Of a DNA stretch of 64,000 nt, positions 48,424 through 57,516 are shown piece by piece; the first letter of the stretch is position 1; each line of letters begins with the position of its first letter. The notes below the pieces were generated by a model, which worked only from the letters and a program-made list of their open reading frames with translations, had not been told where the DNA came from and searched no databases. The translations under genes were made by a program, and so were the position numbers. Source of the stretch: Nitrosopumilus sp. (lineage in GTDB: Archaea; Thermoproteota; Nitrososphaeria; Nitrososphaerales; Nitrosopumilaceae). Location of the stretch: positions 1,751,849-1,815,848 of the forward strand of contig CBDBLX010000002.1 of assembly GCA_965207445.1 (NCBI GenBank). Reading direction: 5' to 3'.

Positions 48424-48579
48424 GTAACGCGCATTCCGGATTGGGTGGTTTTAAATTATTCTAGAGGTTTGTGACTATGGACAGATATTGAATACTTGTA
48501 TTCCGTGATTCGTGTTTGGCAGATGGTCTCAAGAGTTTACAAGCGTCCAACCTCTTGCGACACTAAGCATATCGATATG

Positions 48580-48669
48580 ATTAAAGATCCGATATTTTGA
48601 TTGATGTTCATCTCGAAGTTGAGCACATATTATGAATACAAAATATTAGAAAACTATCGGATCTTTAAT
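48580..48669. repeat. Family A 90-bp element, copy 2
   Basis: Near-identical to 321-410. Confidence 0.85.
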
Positions 48670-48684
48670 GAAACTATTAAACAT

Positions 48685-50139
48685 CTAGATCTTTGCGATG
48701 ATCTCGTCGAGGCTTATCGGGACATATCCTATATACTCGGAGCAAACGTTGATCGTTTTGTTTCTTCTGTTGATGTGAGGGTATGTAACAGGATGGGTGT
48801 TGTGCTTGGCCCCGTGTATGATCCACCCGTCCCAGTATGGCGGCCTGTAAGGATCGTGCATCAAAAGAAATTCGAAGCCTCTGTACCTTATGGGAAATCT
48901 GTCCTTTATCACCTCTGCTTTCGTAATAGCGTCGGTGTCGCGGTTTCCTCGTATGAAGCGCACTTCGCCGTTTAGCTTTGAAAGCCAAAAGTCTATGGAT
49001 CTTCTTTTTCTCCCATGTGTAATATCGCCTAGGTAATACACTCTGTCGCCCTCCCCCACTCTACTGTTCCAGTTGTCGACCAGTATGCGGTTCATCTGCG
49101 GAGTGGACGAGAATGGCCTCCTGCAGCGCCTTATAATGCTTGTATGATCGAAATGCAGGTCACTAAGCACGAAAACAGTCCCATGGCGTCTGCTTTCGTC
49201 TGTGAAACGCAGACGTTTTCCTGCATTTGTGGCAGATCTTTTCACCATCTTCTCAAAAGCCAACATCGTCTCCTTGAATAATGTCATGTCGAGCGCCTCG
49301 CGCCTGCTGAGCATTCTCCGGAGTATCAAGTCATACTCGCATACTATCGTCCGGTTTTTACCGATCACGCTTACCCGCAACGCGTGCTGTTTATGATCTG
49401 GTAGCTTCCAACTTTCCAAAAATTCCAGTATTCTACCAAATTCTCTCTTGATTCCGTCCTCTGTTTTCTCCGACAGATCCGTGTCGAGGCATATAGTAGC
49501 ATGGGGTTTAAAAGATCCTTTCAGATCGTATGCTTTGAGCTCGCAGAATCTACGAAGACTCTCGACGAGTTTTTGCTGCATTTCCTTCAATTCAGCTGAT
49601 GGAAGTACACGCGCGTGTACGGCACGTCCCGGAAACTCACCAAAATCGCCAAGGCGGAAGCTCACCAGATCATAATCTTTTACTACGTTCTGCACGGTGT
49701 CTATGAGATCTTTCTGGTTCGATGTACTTAATTCTCCCATTATGGTGATATGTGGGACGTACCTGAATTTGCTTTTGATGTCAAAGTTTATCTTTATGGC
49801 CTTTACAAGATCCCTGAGTTTCTCGTTTAGTCGCCCTCCGACCCGGATCTCTACCAAATATTTTTCGGATGTGAGATGGCCGCCGTCGAGACTATTTCGG
49901 GTACCGTTCTTGATCGCGGTTCTAGATTTTCTAGTCCTTACACGCGGACTGGTGCCTGTTGTTTTGGATGCTGAAAATCGATCGACTTGTTTTCTGTTGG
50001 CGCGAGTTTTCCGTGTGTGAACATATGAAATATGGCGCTTGTGTGTAGTCCGCACCGTGCGTTTGTGTCCATATGTTGCACTTTGAGAATGATTTGGATC
50101 CGTGTGATGTACATCCATATCTGTGCTGATGAATGACAC
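48685..50139 (-). CDS. 2H phosphoesterase (LigT-like) fused to calcineurin-like metallophosphoesterase, paralog 1
   Basis: PHITI and PHATI 2H motifs; SDLHFDH, LGD, GNRD (GNHD variant), HDP, HGAKH; start uncertain. Confidence 0.88.
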   Translation of the reverse strand: MSFISTDMDVHHTDPNHSQSATYGHKRTVRTTHKRHISYVHTRKTRANRKQVDRFSASKTTGTSPRVRTRKSRTAIKNGTRNSLDGGHLTSEKYLVEIRVGGRLNEKLRDLVKAIKINFDIKSKFRYVPHITIMGELSTSNQKDLIDTVQNVVKDYDLVSFRLGDFGEFPGRAVHARVLPSAELKEMQQKLVESLRRFCELKAYDLKGSFKPHATICLDTDLSEKTEDGIKREFGRILEFLESWKLPDHKQHALRVSVIGKNRTIVCEYDLILRRMLSRREALDMTLFKETMLAFEKMVKRSATNAGKRLRFTDESRRHGTVFVLSDLHFDHTSIIRRCRRPFSSTPQMNRILVDNWNSRVGEGDRVYYLGDITHGRKRRSIDFWLSKLNGEVRFIRGNRDTDAITKAEVIKDRFPIRYRGFEFLLMHDPYRPPYWDGWIIHGAKHNTHPVTYPHINRRNKTINVCSEYIGYVPISLDEIIAKI

Positions 50140-50514
50140 ACTTCTTAAAAATACCTAATTCTGTAGTGCAGTCTCGAAACGATTGAGGATACGGGTATCG
50201 AATTTACTCCCATAATGAGGGCCGTTATTATGAGAAGGGTGAATAGGAATTGGCGCGGAAGCCTCTCTGACGGGGACTAGGTCTGCTATTAAAAAAAGAC
50301 ATTTGCATCTAATTGATTTTTCATTAGATGGAGGAAAGTGTCGACGATATGCATACGTTGTGGGACAAACCACTGTATGCTGCGGCATGTGTGAATGCGC
50401 CCCGGTTTGTTCTCCACATTTGACGCGTCGGAAATACATTCCTGTATGTTTGCGCCAATTCTGTGCCTCATCCAGTAGCGCACGTTGCTATACGTTGCCT
50501 AGTTCATCCACGGG

Positions 50515-52878
50515 CTACGCGGCTTTTCTCTTCGATATCCGCGCTATCTCTTTCCGTATGATGTCTTGGTCAATCGCGTCCAGATCCCGGTTGACTGCGA
50601 GCCGTGCGGAAGCTTCAATCGCGTCCTTGATGATGTCGGCGCATGAAAACCCGTCGGTTAGTTCCGCCAGCTGCTCAAAGTCGACGCTCTTGTCGTACGG
50701 GCGGTTCATCAACCCTATCTCAAACAGTGACTTGCGGGCCTCAAAGTCCGGAGGGGGGACATATATTTTCTTGTCAAATCTGCCGGGCCTCAAGGCAGCA
50801 GGGTCCATCCTGTCGACGTAGTTTGTCGCGCCGACCACCAGTATCCTCCTCTCGGCTGCGTTGTTGAGCTGCATGAGAAACTCGTTGACCTCCTCCTCCT
50901 TGTAGGTACTCATGTGGAAAGTCTTCGACCTGCTGGGAATCAGCCCGCTGATCTCATCAAAGAAGATTATTGCAGGCGCGCTCTCTTGAGCCGTCGAAAA
51001 CGCGCGTCCTATGTTGCCGACTGCACCGTGTATGTAGGGCGTTGCAAGATCCGAATGCGCCACCTCAAAGAAATTATAGTTTAGTTCCTCGGCCAGCTTT
51101 CTGACCATAAACGTCTTGCCGCAGCCAGGTGGGCCGTATAGGAGTATGCCATTGGGTATGGTAACCTTGAATTTTTCAAATTTCTCCGGGTGCTTGAGCG
51201 GATTTATCACGTCGGATATCAGGAGATTTTTTAGTTCCTTCATGCCGGCGACGCCTTCCAAGCCCCTTGAACAGGCATCATTACTACCGTTTTCCGCGCG
51301 CGGCCGGGATCGTAGCGCGGGTTGTACGTGGTGGCGATTCGCACTTATTTTTTTGGATATCCGCGCTATCTCTTTCCGTATGATGTCTTGGTCAATCGCG
51401 TCCAGATCCCGGTTGACTGCGAGCCGTGCGGAAGCTTCAATCGCGTCCTTGATGATGTCGGCGCATGAAAACCCGTCGGTTAGTTCCGCCAGCTGCTCAA
51501 AGTCGACGCTCTTGTCGTACGGGCGGTTCATCAACCCTATCTCAAACAGTGACTTGCGGGCCTCAAAGTCCGGAGGGGGGACATATATTTTCTTGTCAAA
51601 TCTGCCGGGCCTCAAGGCAGCAGGGTCCATCCTGTCGACGTAGTTTGTCGCGCCGACCACCAGTATCCTCCTCTCGGCGGCGTTGTTGAGCTGCATGAGA
51701 AACTCGTTGACCTCCTCCTCCTTGTAGGTACTCATGTGGAAAGTCTTCGACCTGCTGGGAATCAGCCCGCTGATCTCATCAAAGAAGATTATTGCAGGCG
51801 CGCTCTCTTGAGCCGTCGAAAACGCGCGTCCTATGTTGCCGACTGCACCGTGTATGTAGGGCGTTGCAAGATCCGAATGTGTCACCTCAAAGAAATTATA
51901 GTTTAGCTCCTCGGCCAGCTTTCTGACCATAAACGTCTTGCCGCATCCAGGTGGGCCGTATAGGAGTATGCCATTGGGTATGGTAACCTTGAATTTTTCA
52001 AATTTCTCAGGGTGTTTGAGCGGATTTATCACGTCGGATATCAGGAGATTTTTTAGATCCTTCATGCCGGCGACGCCTTCCAAGCCCCTTGGACCGGCAT
52101 CACCACCGCGTATTTCAGTACGCGTCAGAGACTGTCGGGATCGCCGCTCTTGCGGGCCCGTGGCGTCTCTGCGACCTTTCCTGTGATTCCGGTCCAGTTT
52201 TGTGTGCGGGCGCGGGTTGCGCCGGCGTGTCTCTGGGCCGGCATACAAATCTCTGGGCCTTGTGGGTGTGACGCCATGCCCTGTCAAATACGTGAAGACT
52301 GGTTTTTTGTCACGATATAGAACCAGTTCGGGTGTGGTATCTTCGTGTTTCATCTCCAAGGATTCAATATCTCCGCTTATATCCTTGAATCGCTTACCGG
52401 TGTTGCCGACAGCCAACGTAACGTAAAACTCAAAATCATCCCCGCTACTGTGATCGTACTTTGTTGCTTGGGCGTTAGGAAGCAACGCCTGTGCAATGTC
52501 GTATCTCATCTGCTTCAATGATTCGTTGGGTTTTATTTTGATGGTTATGGCACCGCGGTCTCGTGCAAGTCGCTTGCTATGGACGCGTGATGATAACCCG
52601 TCTGTTGAGAATCTTGCATCGGGGTGTGTCTCAATCACTGCAATTATCACATCTATTATCTGTCGTTCCATCATACGCGTTGAGAACGGCCCGAATAGGG
52701 AAATGTATGGGAACCTCCTTTCCTTGTCTGAAAGAATTTCTTGAACGTATTGCATGTGTCTCTGCGCATCACGCCGCAAGTCACCGCGCAGTCTGATTCC
52801 AACTAACCAGGGTACTTCTCTTGTGGTTTGCACGGTCAATCTATTCGTATGACAATAATTAATGTTTATGAGTAGCAC
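50515..52878 (-). CDS. Degenerate 2H domain fused to two near-identical classical AAA+ ATPase domains
   Basis: N-terminus paralogous to the neighbours but with PYISL and FYVTL; twice GPPGCGKT, FFDE, ATN..DPAALRPGRFD. Confidence 0.9.
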   Translation of the reverse strand: MLLININYCHTNRLTVQTTREVPWLVGIRLRGDLRRDAQRHMQYVQEILSDKERRFPYISLFGPFSTRMMERQIIDVIIAVIETHPDARFSTDGLSSRVHSKRLARDRGAITIKIKPNESLKQMRYDIAQALLPNAQATKYDHSSGDDFEFYVTLAVGNTGKRFKDISGDIESLEMKHEDTTPELVLYRDKKPVFTYLTGHGVTPTRPRDLYAGPETRRRNPRPHTKLDRNHRKGRRDATGPQERRSRQSLTRTEIRGGDAGPRGLEGVAGMKDLKNLLISDVINPLKHPEKFEKFKVTIPNGILLYGPPGCGKTFMVRKLAEELNYNFFEVTHSDLATPYIHGAVGNIGRAFSTAQESAPAIIFFDEISGLIPSRSKTFHMSTYKEEEVNEFLMQLNNAAERRILVVGATNYVDRMDPAALRPGRFDKKIYVPPPDFEARKSLFEIGLMNRPYDKSVDFEQLAELTDGFSCADIIKDAIEASARLAVNRDLDAIDQDIIRKEIARISKKISANRHHVQPALRSRPRAENGSNDACSRGLEGVAGMKELKNLLISDVINPLKHPEKFEKFKVTIPNGILLYGPPGCGKTFMVRKLAEELNYNFFEVAHSDLATPYIHGAVGNIGRAFSTAQESAPAIIFFDEISGLIPSRSKTFHMSTYKEEEVNEFLMQLNNAAERRILVVGATNYVDRMDPAALRPGRFDKKIYVPPPDFEARKSLFEIGLMNRPYDKSVDFEQLAELTDGFSCADIIKDAIEASARLAVNRDLDAIDQDIIRKEIARISKRKAA
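50534..52091. repeat. 736-bp direct duplication (50534-51269 and 51356-52091), period 822 bp
   Basis: DNA nearly identical with a handful of substitutions. Confidence 0.95.
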
Positions 52879-53338
52879 GAATGCATGATCAAGCCGGAGT
52901 CATTCAACGCGGGATAATTTGACTAATCCACCCGTTGGAATGACCTACAATCTCTAAATTTTGTCCTCTGACCATATCTGTATACAATACACGGGCGTGG
53001 CTTCTGTCATTAGGGTGGGTTGAGCAGCCCGGCCAAATATTGGACACCTGCCAAGAATAATCAGGACGCTTTCTAGAGCACGAACAGACGTTGTAACCAT
53101 CAAGATTTAGAGCCGGATCTCGTAGTGACATCTGGGAGGGAAAGACATGGCAAAGGACACAGATAAGAAATTGCGGATAAGATTGCCGTGCCTGTGAGAG
53201 TGGTCTCAGTTTTGAAGTACACTCTCACGTAGTATTCTGCGTATATCAATAGACTTTATGGCATGGTCTACATTGGAGTGTCGCGTCATGTGACATGGTT
53301 TTCTGTGTAAAAAACTGGCCCATGCAATTCACGCACCT

Positions 53339-54589
53339 TTATTCGGAGATCTTTGCAATGATCTCGTCAAGGTTCATTGGAGCGTATTTGGTATATTCTA
53401 CACAAACGTTCACCGTCTTGTTTCTTTTGTTAATGTGGGGGTATGTAACAGGATAGTTGTTGTGCTTGTCTCCGTGTATGACCCACCCGTCCCAGTCCAG
53501 TGTTCTGTCAGGGTCGTGCATCAAAAGAAACTCGTAGCCGTCATACTTTATGAGAAATCTGTCCTCTATGACCTCTGCCTTTGTAATGACGTCAGTGTCG
53601 TGGTTGCCGCGTATGAACCGTATCTCGCCGTTCAATCTAGAGAGCCAAAAGTCAATTGGTCTGTTTTTTCTTCCGAATGTCATGTCGCCTAAATAATATA
53701 CCCTGTCGTCTTTCCTTACCCTGTCATTCCAATTACTGATCAGTGTGTGGTTCATATCATAGACGGATCTGAACGGCCTGTCACTGTATTTTATGATGTT
53801 TTTGTGGTCAAAATGCATGTCACTGACCACAAAAATACTTCCTCTACGCCCACTCTCGTCTGTGAATTGGCGAGCATCGTAACTCGGCTGGTTTATCTTC
53901 AACAGACGCAGGAGCCGCCCCAGATTCGTGGAGCGGAATTGGCGAGCATCGTAACTCGGCTGGTTTATCTTGGGATCGTCATATAAATTCCGAGGCCTTA
54001 CTGGCGTAACATCATGTCCTACAAGATATGTAAAAACCGGGGACTGCTCACTATACAAAATCAGCTCCGGCTCGATGTTTTCGTGCTTGAATTCATGCGA
54101 TTTGAGTTCTTTGTTTATATCCTTGAAGAGTTTTCCTGTCCTGCCGATCGCTAACGTGGCGTGAAACTTGAAGGCGTTCTTTCCATCCCGATCATACTCC
54201 GACGCTTGAGAGTGCGGCAACAGTTCTTGCGCAATGTCATACCGCATTTGTTTTAGATCTTCATTGGGTATTATTTTGACCATTATAATGCCACGGCCCT
54301 CAGAAAACAATTCACTATTATCAAATGATGAAAATCCGTCTGTTGAGAATCTTGCTTCTGAATATTTCTTGGCCATGCTGATTAACGTGTTTATTATATG
54401 TCGTTCTGCCATGTGCGTAGAAAATGGCCCGAACAGTGTAATGTGTGGAAAACGCCTCTTCTTGTCACGAAAATCATGCTGAACTTCTTTCATGTAGTAT
54501 CGTACATCGGATCGAAGGTTGCCGCGCAGTCGTATGCCAATCAGCCACGACTCTTTTCCTCTACTGGCGCGCATACCAACATCATACAT
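53339..54589 (-). CDS. 2H phosphoesterase fused to calcineurin-like metallophosphoesterase, paralog 2
   Basis: PHITL and FHATL; SDMHFDH, LGD, GNHD, HDP, HGDKH. Confidence 0.9.
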   Translation of the reverse strand: MYDVGMRASRGKESWLIGIRLRGNLRSDVRYYMKEVQHDFRDKKRRFPHITLFGPFSTHMAERHIINTLISMAKKYSEARFSTDGFSSFDNSELFSEGRGIIMVKIIPNEDLKQMRYDIAQELLPHSQASEYDRDGKNAFKFHATLAIGRTGKLFKDINKELKSHEFKHENIEPELILYSEQSPVFTYLVGHDVTPVRPRNLYDDPKINQPSYDARQFRSTNLGRLLRLLKINQPSYDARQFTDESGRRGSIFVVSDMHFDHKNIIKYSDRPFRSVYDMNHTLISNWNDRVRKDDRVYYLGDMTFGRKNRPIDFWLSRLNGEIRFIRGNHDTDVITKAEVIEDRFLIKYDGYEFLLMHDPDRTLDWDGWVIHGDKHNNYPVTYPHINKRNKTVNVCVEYTKYAPMNLDEIIAKISE

Positions 54590-54618
54590 GCATCAATAAT
54601 TAACATTTAGGTACAACC

Positions 54619-54771
54619 GAGGTTGGTGCGTAATTGACATTAGTCCTGCCTGTGACCCTTCTATGAGATTATTGAATAATTTAATTTATACATATAAAAC
54701 TCTGGTGATATTTGCAGATGACTTTGCAAGTACGATGCAGGTGGCGATTTGATGAATTACGCACCAACCTC
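54619..54771. mobile_element. 153-bp MITE (family D)
   Basis: 17-bp TIR GAGGTTGGTGCGTAATT/AATTACGCACCAACCTC; perfect 9-bp TSD GGTACAACC (54610-54618, 54772-54780). Confidence 0.92.
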
Positions 54772-55150
54772 GGTACAACCATAGTAACTGTTCATCTCAT
54801 GTGACCGCATCCAGAGATGGACGTATAAGATGTACTTGGATTCGGGAAGGTGAACAACTGCCAATCCCGTACACAAAAGACAACCACTGGATCCGCCAGA
54901 ATCGCGCTGGTGTCAAAGGCCGTCACAGGTGACCCAAACTGTTTATGCAACCCCGCAGACCGCCTCTGGCATTGCTTCACCAGACCTCTAACCTGCCCGA
55001 GATTTTGCCGACGTGGTTGCCATCATACATAAAGCAGATCTTAGGTCCGGCTACGGCCGACTGCAAGGCGTGATTGTCGCGGACAAGATTTCAAGTTGGG
55101 GTTCTGATGAGTGTCTAACACGTTGGTCACTGCTGTGTTGTGTTGCCATA

Positions 55151-55900
55151 TCATTCACCGGGTCGTCCGCTCCAGTACGCTTCCCCCTCTGCGGCGGTGG
55201 CGCACTTGGCCCCGAACAGGTCGTTATTCACGCCGAGAAATATGCATACACCACCGTCGCACGCGGTTGCCCCTCCGGTGTGTGACGGGTACAGTAGATT
55301 GAACCTGTGGCCCTTGCTGTCCATCCAGATGTCTGTCGCCTCGTTGGGTCCCATGTGGTCTACACCTTCTACCCACGCCAAGTTCTCCGCCACCTGCTCG
55401 TGCGTGGCAAAGCCGTATTCGCCTTTCATGGTGTATGGACAGGTCCCGGTGTACGGGTTCACGTGGTCGTGGTAGTCGTACTCCAGAGTGTCGTGGACAC
55501 GGGCAAGTGCAAGATTGTATGCCCTTGCATCGAACGCGATCTGATGTCTGTCATGTTCCGCGCGTATGCCGTTGATATATTCTAAGTTGGCCCTTGATTC
55601 CTCCTCTGCAGTGTAGAATACGGGATCAAGTATTCCGGGCCATTCCAGTATGCCACCTACTCCTCCTGTCTCGGAAGCGTTGTCAGCCGTGCCGAACATG
55701 TGAGGCTTGTATCGGTCAGAGAACCATTCAATTCCATACATGATACCCCAAATTACAGCAGTGGCAATTATACTAAATATGATGAATTTGCCGATCCCAG
55801 ACATGATGCCGCGTGTGCGGCCGCCCCTACGATATCGCCGCCTCCGTGGCTTCCCGCGTCTGTTGCGCCGTGGTTCTCCCCCGAAAGTGTTGCGACGCAT
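55151..55900 (-). CDS. Membrane-anchored CAP (SCP/Tpx-1/PR-1) domain protein
   Basis: Arg-rich N-terminus and TM helix; INGIR, AENLA, WMDSKGHRFNLL. Confidence 0.85.
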   Translation of the reverse strand: MRRNTFGGEPRRNRRGKPRRRRYRRGGRTRGIMSGIGKFIIFSIIATAVIWGIMYGIEWFSDRYKPHMFGTADNASETGGVGGILEWPGILDPVFYTAEEESRANLEYINGIRAEHDRHQIAFDARAYNLALARVHDTLEYDYHDHVNPYTGTCPYTMKGEYGFATHEQVAENLAWVEGVDHMGPNEATDIWMDSKGHRFNLLYPSHTGGATACDGGVCIFLGVNNDLFGAKCATAAEGEAYWSGRPGE

Positions 55901-56388
55901 GGCCCCTCATTTCAGGCAGAATCCTGAGTTATTGTCATAATACTGATGACAGAATCTTGTCATGTCACACCTCTCGGAGTCTTCGATAAATGCCTTTGGG
56001 GGCTTTGCACCTGATAGTCTGCGCCACGGTCGTGCGCGCACACTATTCATGATTACTTTGGACCGTTTTCGTTTCAGGATTAAATTAAGCGCGTACTTAG
56101 TTTAACACATCTTTCGTTTTGCAGCCCATAGCAAGGTCACGGTATCGTTTGTGACTGCCGATTTGACCTGAGTTGATACTGGTGTATAATTCGTAAATTT
56201 AGACTATGAGGTCGTGTCCATGTGCTGAGCCGTATAACTTAGACACTCTGCTATTTGAGCCACTTACACACCAAATATTTTTCATTTATTTTGGAATTAT
56301 AAATAATGTGTTTTAGTTTGTTAATGTTGAGAGTCAAATAACTATCATACATACTCAACATATTAAACATAGAACAATTTACTATAGA

Positions 56389-56901
56389 TTGATGTTTAGT
56401 AAGAAAACAAAGTTAGATGAGGGAACCAACATATTCTCTGTAAAGAAGAATGATGGGTTCAACGACTTTATCTTTGGAACCGTAACAGGAATCAAAGGCA
56501 GAAAGGTAGGAGTCAACGGCATAATTGTAAATCCTGTGGGACTCAAAAACAAGCTTGCTCAAGGAAAGACTGGCCAAAGATCAAAAGAGATACTAGAGAA
56601 TCCAACACCAGACAACATAGTATTGGCACTCATATACAGAGTTGAGTATGAGAACTTTACAGACATACTAGACCTAGATGAAGATAAATGTGACATAATT
56701 CCACCGAGAATATATCTAATGTTAGATGGTTGGGTACGTGAGTCCTTGCCAGAATTAATCAACAAAGTTCTCTCATTGCCACCAGGTCCAGAAAGGGATG
56801 ATGCAAAACGAGTATTGCGACTCAGAATGGACACATTAACAGACAAGCATCTAAAAAGAACACTATATTCAGTATGCAGAAGTCTCAAGATACTCAACTA
56901 G
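56389..56901 (+). CDS. Hypothetical protein
   Basis: 170-aa ORF with backbone-like composition. Confidence 0.75.
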   Translation: MMFSKKTKLDEGTNIFSVKKNDGFNDFIFGTVTGIKGRKVGVNGIIVNPVGLKNKLAQGKTGQRSKEILENPTPDNIVLALIYRVEYENFTDILDLDEDKCDIIPPRIYLMLDGWVRESLPELINKVLSLPPGPERDDAKRVLRLRMDTLTDKHLKRTLYSVCRSLKILN

Positions 56902-56918
56902 AAATCATAATTTTGGCA

Positions 56919-57158
56919 GTAACCGTTCAACTTATTCCCAAATTTAGGCACAGATTCATTGCCTAACATCTGGAGCAGGTACGGGGATTTAACGGCTACA
57001 TTTTGGCTCCGGGGCAGGACTACATATGACCCTCCTGCGTAGGAGTGGGTACGGGGATTTAACGGCTACATTTTGGCAGTAACCGTTCAACTCATTCTCA
57101 AGTTTAGACACAAATTTATCACCTAACGTCTGGCACAAGTACGGGGTTTAACTGTTAT
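56919..57158. mobile_element. Tandem cluster of family C MITEs (56919-56999, partial end ~57048-57069, 57079-57158)
   Basis: Units delimited by variants of the 9-mer ATTTTGGCA. Confidence 0.85.
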
Positions 57159-57207
57159 TTTTGGCACTCGCATAGTTTTATATTATCTACATAAAGTGCG
57201 TTGATAC

Positions 57208-57516
57208 ATGGAATACGTCTATGCTGCACTATTACTTCACAAACTCAAAAAAGAGGTTAATGAGGAAAGTGTTAGTTCCGTCGTAAGGGCATCAGGTGCA
57301 GAGGTCAACGAAGCACAAGTAAAGTCCCTAGTTGCAGCACTAGCAGATGTTGATATTGATGAAGCCGTAAAAGCAGCACCAGTGGCTGTGGCGGCTACAG
57401 CAGCACCAGTGGCTGACGAATCTGCTACAAGCGATGCACCAAAAGAAGAGGAAAAGAAAGAAGAAGGTAAGACAGAAGAGGCCGCAATGGAAGGACTCTC
57501 ATCACTCTTTGGATAA
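57208..57516 (+). CDS. rpl12: 50S ribosomal stalk protein L12 (aP1)
   Basis: MEYVYAALLLH; acidic hinge; GLSSLFG. Confidence 0.97.
   Translation: MEYVYAALLLHKLKKEVNEESVSSVVRASGAEVNEAQVKSLVAALADVDIDEAVKAAPVAVAATAAPVADESATSDAPKEEEKKEEGKTEEAAMEGLSSLFG

Larger units (their letters stand above)
48164..56179. mobile_element. 8-kb cargo island bounded by 114-bp inverted repeats, no transposase
   Basis: 48164-48277 vs reverse complement of 56066-56179: 104/114 identical by manual alignment; GC above the flanks; flanks TGTTGTATG/TGGTGTATA are a possible decayed TSD. Confidence 0.85.

Noticed and set aside
50155..50510. Short ORFs between the island genes (also 52904-53330 and 54792-55140)
   Set aside because: Possibly decayed gene fragments, but no recognisable motif.
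50515..52878. Calling this gene housekeeping cdc48 or a CBASS TRIP13/Cap6
   Set aside because: No CDC48 N-domain, the two AAA copies are near-identical, and no CD-NTase or HORMA gene is recognisable nearby.
53864..53971. CRISPR-like 36/36/36 geometry
   Set aside because: Only two repeats, in frame within a protein linker, with no leader and no cas genes in the window.
56910..57167. Possible CRISPR array
   Set aside because: The units are copies of a dispersed TIR-bearing MITE and do not form constant repeats with unique spacers.
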